Shown here one piece after another: positions 8,362 through 16,574 of a stretch of DNA of 43,313 nt (its first letter is position 1; every line of letters begins with the position of its first letter). The notes below the pieces were generated by a model that worked only from the letters and a program-made list of their open reading frames with translations, was not told the origin of the DNA and did not search any database. Origin of the DNA: a virus. Location: UHGV virus genome UHGV-0213395; one strand, given 5' to 3'. The position numbers and the translations under genes were made by a program.

Positions 8362-8680
8362 GTTTCCCCTTTCTCGATAAGTAAAGCCCCGCCATAAAGC
8401 GGGGCGCTAGTCCTTATCATTTAAACATAGAAACGGCGTAATCTCAGTAAACCAGTTACTTTTTACACAAGCAATAGAGTATGGCCCTTCCGAACGCGTC
8501 AGCGTAACTACACTCAGGACTTACGTCCCGCTCCGTTACCTGCCCGCGCCGCGGTCGCTTGTTCATACTTCACAAGCTCAGGTGGAGCTTATCATATTTT
8601 TAGTGAAAAGTCAACTATTCGAATAGTTTATTCCAACATTTACAATTCGGAGGAATAACTGGAATACGTAAATAAATAGT

Positions 8681-8709
8681 TTGCACACCCCAATATAATA
8701 GGGTACTAT
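8681..8709 (+). promoter_or_regulatory. sigma70-type promoter TTGCAC-N17-TACTAT (conserved early promoter, copy 1)
   Basis: Near-identical ~33 bp to copies at 42872-42900 (+), 20239-20267 (-) and 19065-19093 (-); AGGAGG SD and ATG at 8737 downstream. Confidence 0.55.
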
Positions 8710-8736
8710 TCAGTTAACTTAAACAGGAGGTGAAAA

Positions 8737-8940
8737 ATGTATGCAATTTGCGAAGTAGTTCAAGAGTTCGATGAAGAGTTCGACGGTGACTTGTGCCGGG
8801 TTAAAAAGGTTCTGCAGGTTTTCCCTGACGCAATGTCTGCTTACAAGGCATTAGATATATTTGAACCTGGAAGATACGGGGATTATGACACTGTTCTGAG
8901 GGTTGTCCATGAGCAGGATTTAAACACAAGATTCCGTTGA
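8737..8940 (+). CDS. small acidic protein (67 aa), moron-like antisense gene
   Basis: Own promoter and AGGAGG SD; terminator at 8946-8966; antisense to head operon; lower GC than flanks. Confidence 0.6.
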   Translation: MYAICEVVQEFDEEFDGDLCRVKKVLQVFPDAMSAYKALDIFEPGRYGDYDTVLRVVHEQDLNTRFR

Positions 8941-8945
8941 AAACT

Positions 8946-8966
8946 AAGGCCCCATAATGGGGCCTT
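8946..8966. terminator. bidirectional terminator (AAGGCCCC-ATAAT-GGGGCCTT)
   Basis: Perfect 8-bp stem followed by TTTAT; between convergent ORF ends at 8940 and 8970. Confidence 0.7.
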
Positions 8967-8969
8967 TTA

Positions 8970-9431
8970 TCATTCTGGCTTAGTAACCTTCGCCGCTTTG
9001 CTTACCGCCTCTACTCCATCGGCATCAGTAACTTTAACGAAGTATTCGCCGACCGCATTAACCGTCAGAGACAGAGCCTCCTCAGGCGCATTCACCACTT
9101 CCTTACCGTCTTTGTACCAGGTCAGAGAATACGGCGCTTTGCCTGCCTTAACCTCGACAGTGATGGTTGCGCTGCCGCCCGCCAGTTCAGCGTCCTGCGG
9201 TTGCGCAGAGAAATACACGTCGCCAGCGTCCGCCAGATACGGAATTTCATAAAGCATACCAGCGGCGGGCAACGCAATACCGGTTTTATCTGCAAACGGC
9301 ATATCATCTACCGGTGTACCGAGTACACTTTCGTCCTCAATAAATACCACGTTCTCGCCAGAGCCAGACACGCGGGCGTACTGGACTACGCGACGAGACG
9401 GTACGTCAGTTACTTTGAAAAAGCCCATCAT
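8970..9431 (-). CDS. Ig-like domain protein (153 aa)
   Basis: C-terminal APYSLTWYKDGKEV...GEYFVKVTDADG Ig-like signature, paralogous to the domain in 5308..5658. Confidence 0.55.
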   Translation of the reverse strand: MMGFFKVTDVPSRRVVQYARVSGSGENVVFIEDESVLGTPVDDMPFADKTGIALPAAGMLYEIPYLADAGDVYFSAQPQDAELAGGSATITVEVKAGKAPYSLTWYKDGKEVVNAPEEALSLTVNAVGEYFVKVTDADGVEAVSKAAKVTKPE

Positions 9432-10507
9432 TATTCCCCTTTCAGATAATCAGCAACACGTTTATCGAGTTCCGCCATCTGCTTAAGCGTGAGCGGATTC
9501 CCGAAACCATCTACAGATATTACGCGAAACTCTTCCGGCGATATACCGCTGTTACGGAAAATCTTACCTCGCACCGGGCCGAGCGCCTGGTCCTGAAACC
9601 ACGCCGGTTGTTGTTTAAGGAACTCGTAGTAAGTGGTGTCTGCGCTTACCTGAGTGCCACCTTCCGCGCCTTTAGCCGCGCGTTTTGCGCCTTTATCGAG
9701 GAAGTCGAACTCGGAACTGATTACCGGAGCCGTGCACGACCGGCAGTTCGGATGGGCTGGGGGCATCGGCCCCTTACCAATTTCCCACGTCATCCCGTCT
9801 CTGACCCTGCAAATTGTACTGGTGCGGCTGTCAAGCGTTGACACCCACTCGTACTTCTCGATGATGTCGTCGTTCTGGCGGTACGTCTCGTTACGGGCCT
9901 CGTTGGATACGTGGGACAGCGCGGTGCGGATTACCGTAGTCGCGTTACGTTCTGAGATGTCGGCTAGTCCACCAGCGCCAACAACATTCTTAACAATCTG
10001 CCGTGTGGTTTGACCTTGCACAAAGCCCATCTTAACTCCAGTTACAAGACGTGCTACTTCCGTTTCGCCCCATCCAGACATCAGCTTGGTGAAATCAACG
10101 GGCTTGTCGCTCAATGATAATGGTTGAAACTCGGCAGCGGCCCATACCTGCTCAGCGGTAGGCGTAACAAATTCCGCGTTTACGTTGGCGGTCAGTGTCT
10201 TTACGTTCCACTCCGCCTCATACGCCGCCAGTTCCTTAAGGTCTTCTGTCAGCTTTGTTTGCCAGTCACCCGTAAGCCCCGTCAGAGCTTCTTCAAGGTC
10301 ACGTAACAGTTTATTCAGCCGTGCGGTGCTGCGGCCGTCGTCGCCGAATAGCAGCACCTGCCGTTTGATTTCGTCCCGCATTTCCTGAATGAATGGTGCG
10401 AGGTCTTTTACTTCACCGGATGCGGCGCGTTGCAGCCAAATCTGGTGGCTGATTAGTGATGTCAGTAAGCTCATAGATAAACCCTGTGGCGCTAAAGTTA
10501 ATAGCAT
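9431..10507 (-). CDS. head morphogenesis (minor head) protein candidate (358 aa)
   Basis: Gene directly after portal, the usual place for SPP1 gp7/Mu F-type proteins. Positional call. Confidence 0.55.
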   Translation of the reverse strand: MLLTLAPQGLSMSLLTSLISHQIWLQRAASGEVKDLAPFIQEMRDEIKRQVLLFGDDGRSTARLNKLLRDLEEALTGLTGDWQTKLTEDLKELAAYEAEWNVKTLTANVNAEFVTPTAEQVWAAAEFQPLSLSDKPVDFTKLMSGWGETEVARLVTGVKMGFVQGQTTRQIVKNVVGAGGLADISERNATTVIRTALSHVSNEARNETYRQNDDIIEKYEWVSTLDSRTSTICRVRDGMTWEIGKGPMPPAHPNCRSCTAPVISSEFDFLDKGAKRAAKGAEGGTQVSADTTYYEFLKQQPAWFQDQALGPVRGKIFRNSGISPEEFRVISVDGFGNPLTLKQMAELDKRVADYLKGE

Positions 10508-10543
10508 ACTATAAGAAAGCCCCTTTCGGGGCTATAGGTGAAC

Positions 10544-12025
10544 TTACTGCTGAGTGGTGTCCTGTTGCTGCGCCGACTGCGGAATCTCTCCCGCTACCTG
10601 AGCAACAGAACCCAACGGCAGAGGTGCGTCTTCAATAGCGTTCTGAATGTCCTCATCTGTCCAGTCAGTCACACCTGCCTTGCGCAACGCAGCATAGTAA
10701 GCGGTGGCGGGTAGCAGGCCAGCGTTAATATCCGCCATCCACTGAGCGCGGTCCTGAGCTGTCATAGGTTGCAGGAAGAATTCCATATTCAGCTTGAACT
10801 CAATCTCAGTATCTTCACTAAGCCCAAGCATACCCGCAACCCAGCGCAACGCATCGGTATACGCCATGCTTACATTACGTGCTATTGTTGCCATGACTGA
10901 CGTGTCGGCGCCGCGTTGCAGGCGGGCCGATTCCGCGGTGATTTGCTGCGTCGGGGTGATAAGCTGCGCGCCAATCTGGATGGCCTGATTCTCTTTATCC
11001 AGCATATTCTGCTTGGCAAGGTTATTCTCCCCCGCCTGGACAAGAAACGCATTACCTCCGTAACCGATGTTATGGCCTGAGCGCGACCCCATGCGCACAC
11101 CGTGAGGGTTGGCCTCTTTCCACTGTTCCATGCTCATGTTCTCGCCGGGGGCGATAAACAGCGTGGGCTGGCCTACAACGAAGCTCGACTCCTCATTGTC
11201 CGCGCTGTTGCGGAAATGCCCGATATTAAGCTCAGCCAACGGCAGCAAAGGAGCATCGTCGATGGTCGCATCGTTGTTGCTTGCGCCAATGAATGTGAAC
11301 GGGATTTTGCCGCGTAACTGTTCGCCAAGTTCCGGGAAGATTTCGATTACTTCATCCTGTGCGCCACCTTCGGCATCGAAGCGGTAGATGCGCTGGCGGT
11401 AGCGACCGTCAATCAGGTCAAGGACGCGGTATTGCTCGCCGAATTTTGTTTCAAACTCAGCGCCTGGTTCCGAGTATTCCCATGCCTCACGCAATACAAC
11501 CATCGTCACGCGGTTCACTGAACCGATGCGGGTGAGTCTCCAGTTGATAATGTTCTCCGCGGTATAGAATGCGATTACCGGGTTTAATAATCCCGCGTTC
11601 TGCTCTGCCGCCGTTGCTGCGGCTGTTTCCGGGGCGTCCACCAGCAACCCGCCACGGCCTATCGAGTTAATCTCCATCAGCGTATCCTGCGCGTGCTGCC
11701 ACAGCCCGACACCTGAACCGTCAGCGTTGTGCAACAGGTACTCAAGTTCAGGCGGGATAATCTGCTCAGGGTCTTTGCGCATCACTGACCCCGTCATCCC
11801 CGCCAGCGTGCGTTTGGTGAAATTGTAGCAGATAGCGCCGTTCTCGTATTCTTCCTGTCGCTGTGCTGCGTAGGTCTGGTCAGGCTCGTTCTTCCCGACG
11901 TTGCGCAGATAGCGGATAAGGTCGCCTTCAAGAGCGTGGCGTACCTTCTGCCATTTATCGAAGTGATGCAGCCATTCCCGGTGTTTTGTCTTAACACCCT
12001 GATTCTGACCGTTCATAGTTAACAT
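10544..12025 (-). CDS. portal protein (493 aa)
   Basis: Large ORF immediately downstream of large terminase; size and position typical. Confidence 0.65.
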   Translation of the reverse strand: MLTMNGQNQGVKTKHREWLHHFDKWQKVRHALEGDLIRYLRNVGKNEPDQTYAAQRQEEYENGAICYNFTKRTLAGMTGSVMRKDPEQIIPPELEYLLHNADGSGVGLWQHAQDTLMEINSIGRGGLLVDAPETAAATAAEQNAGLLNPVIAFYTAENIINWRLTRIGSVNRVTMVVLREAWEYSEPGAEFETKFGEQYRVLDLIDGRYRQRIYRFDAEGGAQDEVIEIFPELGEQLRGKIPFTFIGASNNDATIDDAPLLPLAELNIGHFRNSADNEESSFVVGQPTLFIAPGENMSMEQWKEANPHGVRMGSRSGHNIGYGGNAFLVQAGENNLAKQNMLDKENQAIQIGAQLITPTQQITAESARLQRGADTSVMATIARNVSMAYTDALRWVAGMLGLSEDTEIEFKLNMEFFLQPMTAQDRAQWMADINAGLLPATAYYAALRKAGVTDWTDEDIQNAIEDAPLPLGSVAQVAGEIPQSAQQQDTTQQ

Positions 12026-12037
12026 TGAATAATCCTC

Positions 12038-13309
12038 TTAAAGTGCGAAAGTCACCGGGACGTTAATAACTGGTTTGCGAATCGGCATTTCATACGCGAT
12101 AGGGTATGTGGTTCCATCATTCTGGTGGTCCACACCGCCTGATTTATCCGGTTCGCCGTTCTTGTCGTAAGCCTGTTGCTCCAGGCATCGTGCGGTAACA
12201 GGGCAAGCCTGTTCATTAATCATGACCATACCAGATTCAAGCGCCTTATTCATCGCCGCTACGCGGTCTTTAACCGGTGGGTTTGTCGATTTAGCGCGCA
12301 CTTCGAAGCCGGCCTGCTGTAACTGGGCAATATCAGATGTGCTGGCGTTGTTACTTTTACGGTTTTTACCGCTTGCGTCGGGGTACATAACGATATAGTG
12401 GCCCTTACTTTTCCAGCGCTCTGTTACGGCTCTCACCACATCGGGCGTATCGAACATATCCACCAACTCGGCGACTGCATGCCAGACTTTGCCACGTTGC
12501 ACGTAAACTGTACTAGCCATGTGGCCTACGTTAAAGTCCTGCCCGATATACAGAGTCTCGCCTGGTTTTATTGTTTCGCGGCTGCTGTTTTTCCTGCGGT
12601 CATAGGCGTAATAGACAGTCCCCGCCGTCAGGTTGACGAACTCGCCGTTGATGTAGGCGTCAATCAACTGACCTGGGTATGTGTCGCGTAACGACTGCAC
12701 ATAATCTTCTGGCAGGAACGGGTTAGACAGGGTGGACGCCTGAATCATCTCGTAGCCTGGATTCTTTTTGACTACCCAGCGGTCATGTACGAAACGGAAT
12801 CCTTCCGGGGTAGTGAACACGGAAACGGTATTAGCAGGTTTCGGTGTAATAGGTTTATATGTCCGCGGCAACTGGCGGTTACGGGCGATGACTTTGTTCC
12901 ACGCGTGCTCGGCGTGCTCCATGTTAAGGGTGTCCAACTCGTCGATTTTCGCACGAAACGATTCGTAGCCAACGATTCGTGCTGGATTATCAAGTGTACG
13001 CAGAACAAAATCCCCAAATTGTCCGGAAGACGTATAGATTATGTTGTCAGACTTGTTGTATTTGTACCGGATACCCCAGTCGGTGAGCTTTTCTTCCATA
13101 CGCGGTGCAAGGATGAGGCGCACCAGGTCATAAGTCGGCTCATACATGGCGATGATAGAATCGCTACCACCTTCCATGCTGTCGAGTAGTGCAGAGTTGC
13201 ACATAACTTCGGATTTACCCGTACCGAAGCCAGCTACGAATGCCGGAAACTTGCAATGCATACCGAGAAACGCGCCTTGCGGCTCCGTTGCCGTGATATT
13301 AACGTTCAC
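12038..13309 (-). CDS. terminase large subunit (423 aa)
   Basis: N-terminal Walker A-like GFGTGKSE; overlaps small terminase ORF; precedes portal. Confidence 0.75.
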   Translation of the reverse strand: MNVNITATEPQGAFLGMHCKFPAFVAGFGTGKSEVMCNSALLDSMEGGSDSIIAMYEPTYDLVRLILAPRMEEKLTDWGIRYKYNKSDNIIYTSSGQFGDFVLRTLDNPARIVGYESFRAKIDELDTLNMEHAEHAWNKVIARNRQLPRTYKPITPKPANTVSVFTTPEGFRFVHDRWVVKKNPGYEMIQASTLSNPFLPEDYVQSLRDTYPGQLIDAYINGEFVNLTAGTVYYAYDRRKNSSRETIKPGETLYIGQDFNVGHMASTVYVQRGKVWHAVAELVDMFDTPDVVRAVTERWKSKGHYIVMYPDASGKNRKSNNASTSDIAQLQQAGFEVRAKSTNPPVKDRVAAMNKALESGMVMINEQACPVTARCLEQQAYDKNGEPDKSGGVDHQNDGTTYPIAYEMPIRKPVINVPVTFAL

Positions 13310-13808
13310 CGGACACCACCTTAATTGTTACTTCGCTGATTGGCTCGTCGCGTACTTCTTCGGCGACAACTGTTTTATTCAGGCCCAGTTTCGCGGCAGC
13401 AAACGTAGCAGAGATGCCCGCGGCCCCCGTTTCAGTGAAGTATGCCTCTTCCAGCGCCTGTGCTGTCTCCCAGGCTTCTGCAAATGCGGGAATCTCACGC
13501 AGCCAAAGCTTAATAATCGGGATAGTGACTCCGATGTGTAAGGCGAAGCGGGCCAGTGACGGTGGTTTATCCTGAATCAGCGGGCGTTCGTCACCCTTAG
13601 ACGTAGGCACAAGCTCCCACGACGTGCGGTCGAAGAACTCGATTAGTGCATCGCAATAGCCCGGGTCCCACAACGCGGCGGAATTACGGGATGATTGATA
13701 AAGGCTCTGTCTACCGCGCGGTCGTTTACGGCGACGGTTTGCGCTAACAGCTTCTTCATGTGCAGCTTGTACCACCTCTGGCGATGGCTGCTTAAGTTTC
13801 AGCTTCAT
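13299..13808 (-). CDS. terminase small subunit candidate (169 aa)
   Basis: Start moved to ATG at 13808 (AAGGGGA SD); basic N-terminal region; first gene of the structural operon. Confidence 0.5.
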   Translation of the reverse strand: MKLKLKQPSPEVVQAAHEEAVSANRRRKRPRGRQSLYQSSRNSAALWDPGYCDALIEFFDRTSWELVPTSKGDERPLIQDKPPSLARFALHIGVTIPIIKLWLREIPAFAEAWETAQALEEAYFTETGAAGISATFAAAKLGLNKTVVAEEVRDEPISEVTIKVVSGER

Positions 13809-13874
13809 AGAATCCCCTTGCATATGCGTCTGACCATCAGAGCGCACCAGACGCGCCCTACGCGTCTAAAGGGA

Positions 13875-13903
13875 TTATATAAGGGGATTGGGCGGGATGT
13901 ACA
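13875..13903 (-). promoter_or_regulatory. candidate promoter for the structural operon (TGTACA-N17-TATAAT on minus strand)
   Basis: Consensus -10 TATAAT (rc of 13875-13880) with 17-nt spacer to a -35-like hexamer; lies between the early terminator and terS; palindrome AGACGCG-CCCTA-CGCGTCT (13849-13867) in the leader. Confidence 0.35.
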
Positions 13904-13907
13904 GAAA

Positions 13908-13925
13908 AGCCCTCCGTAGAGGGCT
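13908..13925 (-). terminator. terminator of leftward early transcription unit
   Basis: AGCCCTC-CGTA-GAGGGCT stem followed on the minus strand by TTTCTGT. Confidence 0.5.
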
Positions 13926-13938
13926 TGTGGGTTGGTTA

Positions 13939-14091
13939 TTCTGTTATATCGCCGCCGTCTACCAGTGCGATTGGTATTCTCACTTCACCGTTGAATGTTT
14001 CGGCATACCAGAACTTTTCACACTGCGTTACGCTGAAAACATCGAGTTCTGACGTAGCCCCTGTTTTCCAGTAGATAGTTAACTTTTTCAT
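13939..14091 (-). CDS. small hypothetical protein (50 aa)
   Basis: ATGA overlap with upstream gene; MKKLTIYWKTGATSELDVFSVTQCEKFW...; last ORF before terminator. Confidence 0.3.
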
Positions 14092-14348
14092 TCTCCACTC
14101 TCCTCTTTAGCAATACGTTGCTCAGTTTTAGTGATACCACGGCGCGTGAATAACACCGGGCTAGTCTTAACGTGCGTCATCAGACGATTGTTATAAATTA
14201 CGTGGCGCTCACAATCAACGTCTTTACTGTACTTAGCAATCGTCATTTCGTTGATACCGGTTTGTCGGCATGTCTCCGCCATCGTACCAAATTCTTTAAT
14301 CAGGTTAGGAATGCTGGTAATCATCCTAAGAAATTCCTCGTTGTCCAC
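14088..14348 (-). CDS. putative HTH DNA-binding protein (86 aa)
   Basis: HTH-like segment MAETCRQTGINEMTIAKY; last sizeable gene of the early unit, just upstream of the terminase genes. Confidence 0.5.
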   Translation of the reverse strand: MDNEEFLRMITSIPNLIKEFGTMAETCRQTGINEMTIAKYSKDVDCERHVIYNNRLMTHVKTSPVLFTRRGITKTEQRIAKEESGE

Positions 14349-14493
14349 ATCGCATTCGGATATTTGTTATCGCGGTCCTGCACCACGGCGACCATGTTAC
14401 CACGTTGCACCAGGCAGAAGTGACGCTGTTGCTCGCCGTTGTAACGGCGCCAGATTGCTTCTTCGATTGCTGCGTTGATGTCGCTGAACATTA

Positions 14494-14574
14494 GTATCTA
14501 CCCCACAGAAAACCGACCAATAGCCCAATGAAGTAACTAAGACCAACCAGACTTATAACAACCTCAAGACTCAT
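14494..14574 (-). CDS. 26-aa hydrophobic peptide (possible small membrane protein)
   Basis: MSLEVVISLVGLSYFIGLLVGFLWGRY; purine-rich SD upstream; TAATG coupling to next small ORF. Confidence 0.2.
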
Positions 14575-14578
14575 GCTC

Positions 14579-14776
14579 TCACCCCACTATCTCATCGCCA
14601 AGCCACGCCGTTTCTCGTATATCGTCTACTACACACGCAGCGTGCTCGCGGCTAATCGCAAAAATGTAGAAACTGAACTTCTTCCCATCGGCGTCGATGT
14701 GGTTAACCGAGTAAGGTTTCCACAGGACGCCATCGATAACTACCGGCTCAGGCGTGCTCATCTGGCGCCTCAACAA
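14579..14776 (-). CDS. hypothetical early protein (65 aa)
   Basis: ORF in densely packed early operon; true start may be the internal ATG at 14761. Confidence 0.45.
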   Translation of the reverse strand: MLRRQMSTPEPVVIDGVLWKPYSVNHIDADGKKFSFYIFAISREHAACVVDDIRETAWLGDEIVG

Positions 14777-15056
14777 GACAACTCAGCATGTCAGTAATCT
14801 CCGTCTCAAGCCGTTTTCCTAACGCCGATTTAGTGCAGTGTTCGGCCCACTCCCCGGATTGCAACAATCCAATCATATTTTCTATGTCAGACGCGATGGC
14901 TTGTAGCTCTTTAAACGCCTCTAGAAGTTCTTTATACGCCTCCAGTTGAAACTCACCGTTAATTGACAGTTGCCCGCCTAACGTCTGTTTCTCCGACTCA
15001 AGCACCATAATACGGCGCTCGAGCGATGCAATTGTGATTTTAGGCATTGGTGTCAC
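14748..15056 (-). CDS. hypothetical coiled-coil early protein (102 aa)
   Basis: Intact ORF; heptad-like Leu/Glu-rich composition. Confidence 0.5.
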   Translation of the reverse strand: MTPMPKITIASLERRIMVLESEKQTLGGQLSINGEFQLEAYKELLEAFKELQAIASDIENMIGLLQSGEWAEHCTKSALGKRLETEITDMLSCLVEAPDEHA

Positions 15057-15225
15057 CTTTGTTCAGGTTGAAGCGGTTAATCAGTTCGCGGCGCGTCTCA
15101 TAAAGCGACTCCACCATTTGCTCGGCTACCGCGATTTTATTATTCAGGACGCACATCACGTGGCTAATGTCTACGCCGCCGTTAACGGCCTCTACCATCA
15201 TCTTTTCATATTCACGGTCAGTCAT
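15040..15225 (-). CDS. hypothetical early protein (61 aa)
   Basis: Intact ORF in operon, overlapping neighbours. Confidence 0.45.
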   Translation of the reverse strand: MTDREYEKMMVEAVNGGVDISHVMCVLNNKIAVAEQMVESLYETRRELINRFNLNKGDTNA

Positions 15226-15226
15226 T

Positions 15227-15379
15227 TTTACGCTCTCCCCACATGCGGTTGAGATACTTGTTCTTGTCCGGCCCAGGGAAACTGTTACGTTGCATCAGTT
15301 CCTCGCGTGTCGGGAACGGGGTGTTACTCACCTTACGGCCTACTCGTAATGGTTGGCTTACTTGACCTTGTTCGCTCAT
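15227..15379 (-). CDS. small hypothetical protein (50 aa)
   Basis: ATGA overlap with upstream ORF; fills the gap between track ORFs. Confidence 0.35.
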
Positions 15380-15573
15380 TCTACAACCTCCCATTTAACG
15401 CCGTGGAAACCATCACCGTCATCGTTACCAAAGTCTATGAAAATATGGCAGTCGTCGTCGGAGTCTATATAACCGAAACCAGTAGCTGTCGGGTTGTATA
15501 CATCATACACTTTACCCTCTGTGACATAGTCAAGGGTGGCTAACCAGAGAATTTTAGCGGCTTTAACTTTCAT
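15376..15573 (-). CDS. hypothetical acidic early protein (65 aa)
   Basis: Intact ORF, 4-nt overlap with upstream gene. Confidence 0.45.
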   Translation of the reverse strand: MKVKAAKILWLATLDYVTEGKVYDVYNPTATGFGYIDSDDDCHIFIDFGNDDGDGFHGVKWEVVE

Positions 15574-15818
15574 TTCTTCTCTCCTGCATAAGCTGCTTTC
15601 AGTGTCTGCATAGCAGCGAACCAGAACGCATCCGCAGGGATATTGCGGCTCAGGTTACTAACGGCGATACGCGCCATCAGTTGTGCGTCTTTGAATGCTT
15701 CGGTATCTGTGATTTTCATTGGAAATTTACGCATAGCAACCGGGTCATTACCCATAGTCCATGCGATACATTTGGCTTCAAGTTCCTCGGTTATTGCGAT
15801 TGTCTGTACGTTACTCAT
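15570..15818 (-). CDS. hypothetical early protein (82 aa)
   Basis: ATG at 15818 with GGAG SD; first gene after the promoter at 15852-15880. Confidence 0.5.
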   Translation of the reverse strand: MSNVQTIAITEELEAKCIAWTMGNDPVAMRKFPMKITDTEAFKDAQLMARIAVSNLSRNIPADAFWFAAMQTLKAAYAGEKK

Positions 15819-15851
15819 CTTCTCTACTCCGTTCTCGTTGTCGATGGAGTA

Positions 15852-15880
15852 AATATAATAGGGTCGTAGGTAATAGTCAA
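15852..15880 (-). promoter_or_regulatory. promoter TTGACT-N17-TATATT on minus strand
   Basis: Located between the strong terminator at 15902-15934 and the ATG at 15818; contains CCCTATTAT half-site related to the operator motif. Confidence 0.4.
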
Positions 15881-15901
15881 CTAGTCATTGCAGAAAATAG
15901 A

Positions 15902-15934
15902 TAAAAAAAATCCCGGCTGGGTCAGGGCCGGGAT
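15902..15934 (-). terminator. strong rho-independent terminator downstream of endolysin
   Basis: 8-bp GC stem (ATCCCGGC/GCCGGGAT) followed on the minus strand by an 8-nt U-run. Confidence 0.75.
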
Positions 15935-15998
15935 AAAACTGGAGAGCAGAGGTATGGAACAGGAGGTGATTTAAGTATCGTCGGATTAGTCTCAGGTG

Positions 15999-16484
15999 TC
16001 AACCTTTCACCGCGCGCCCGATAGCCTCTGCCTCTTGCCACGGTTTACCGTCGAACAGCGCCAGACGACCGGCGGTACGACGACGCAGTCCAAGTAACGG
16101 TCTGCCGTTCTGGTTGATGAACAGTGTCAGCTTAGCCCGCAGCGTTGCAATATCACCAGAACGCAGTGCCTTACCCGTGCCGGTAGTAGCAGCAATCACA
16201 CCAGCACCTGCGTTGTATACCAGGTCGCACACTGCATCGAACTGTGCCTGTGTCAATGAATGGTGTGCTGCTGCGTCAACCGCAGCTACGGCCTTAGCCA
16301 TATCACGATTCAGTAACAGGAGGCCTTGTCCCGGGGTGATGGTCTTGCCTGGCGTTACGTCTGGCCCATAATGACCGTACCCAATAGTCAGGTACTTCTC
16401 ATTTGGCGTAGCACGATACGCAGTTCCGCGGAATCCCTCGAACGCGGCGGTGAATTTGATGCCATTGTTGCTAATGTTTCTCAT
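15999..16484 (-). CDS. endolysin, phage lysozyme (GH24/T4-lysozyme-like, 161 aa)
   Basis: N-terminal FEGFRGTAYRATPNEKYLTIGYGHYG lysozyme signature; adjacent to holin genes. Confidence 0.8.
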   Translation of the reverse strand: MRNISNNGIKFTAAFEGFRGTAYRATPNEKYLTIGYGHYGPDVTPGKTITPGQGLLLLNRDMAKAVAAVDAAAHHSLTQAQFDAVCDLVYNAGAGVIAATTGTGKALRSGDIATLRAKLTLFINQNGRPLLGLRRRTAGRLALFDGKPWQEAEAIGRAVKG

Positions 16485-16574
16485 AAAGCACCTTCCCGTA
16501 ATTTATGGTTCGCGAAAACTCCGGTATCGGGGTCGTGGTGTAAAACCTCGCGCAGCTTATCTGCGGTAAGTCCA

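Noticed and set aside
8384-8407. GC hairpin upstream of the i-spanin gene as a rho-independent terminator
   Set aside because: Stem is good (GCCCCGC/GCGGGGC) but it lacks a clear U-run on either strand; more likely an RNA stability or processing element, so not called as a terminator.
12785-13189. 134-aa plus-strand ORF inside the large terminase gene
   Set aside because: Antisense to a gene with Walker A motif and conserved position; no translation signals.
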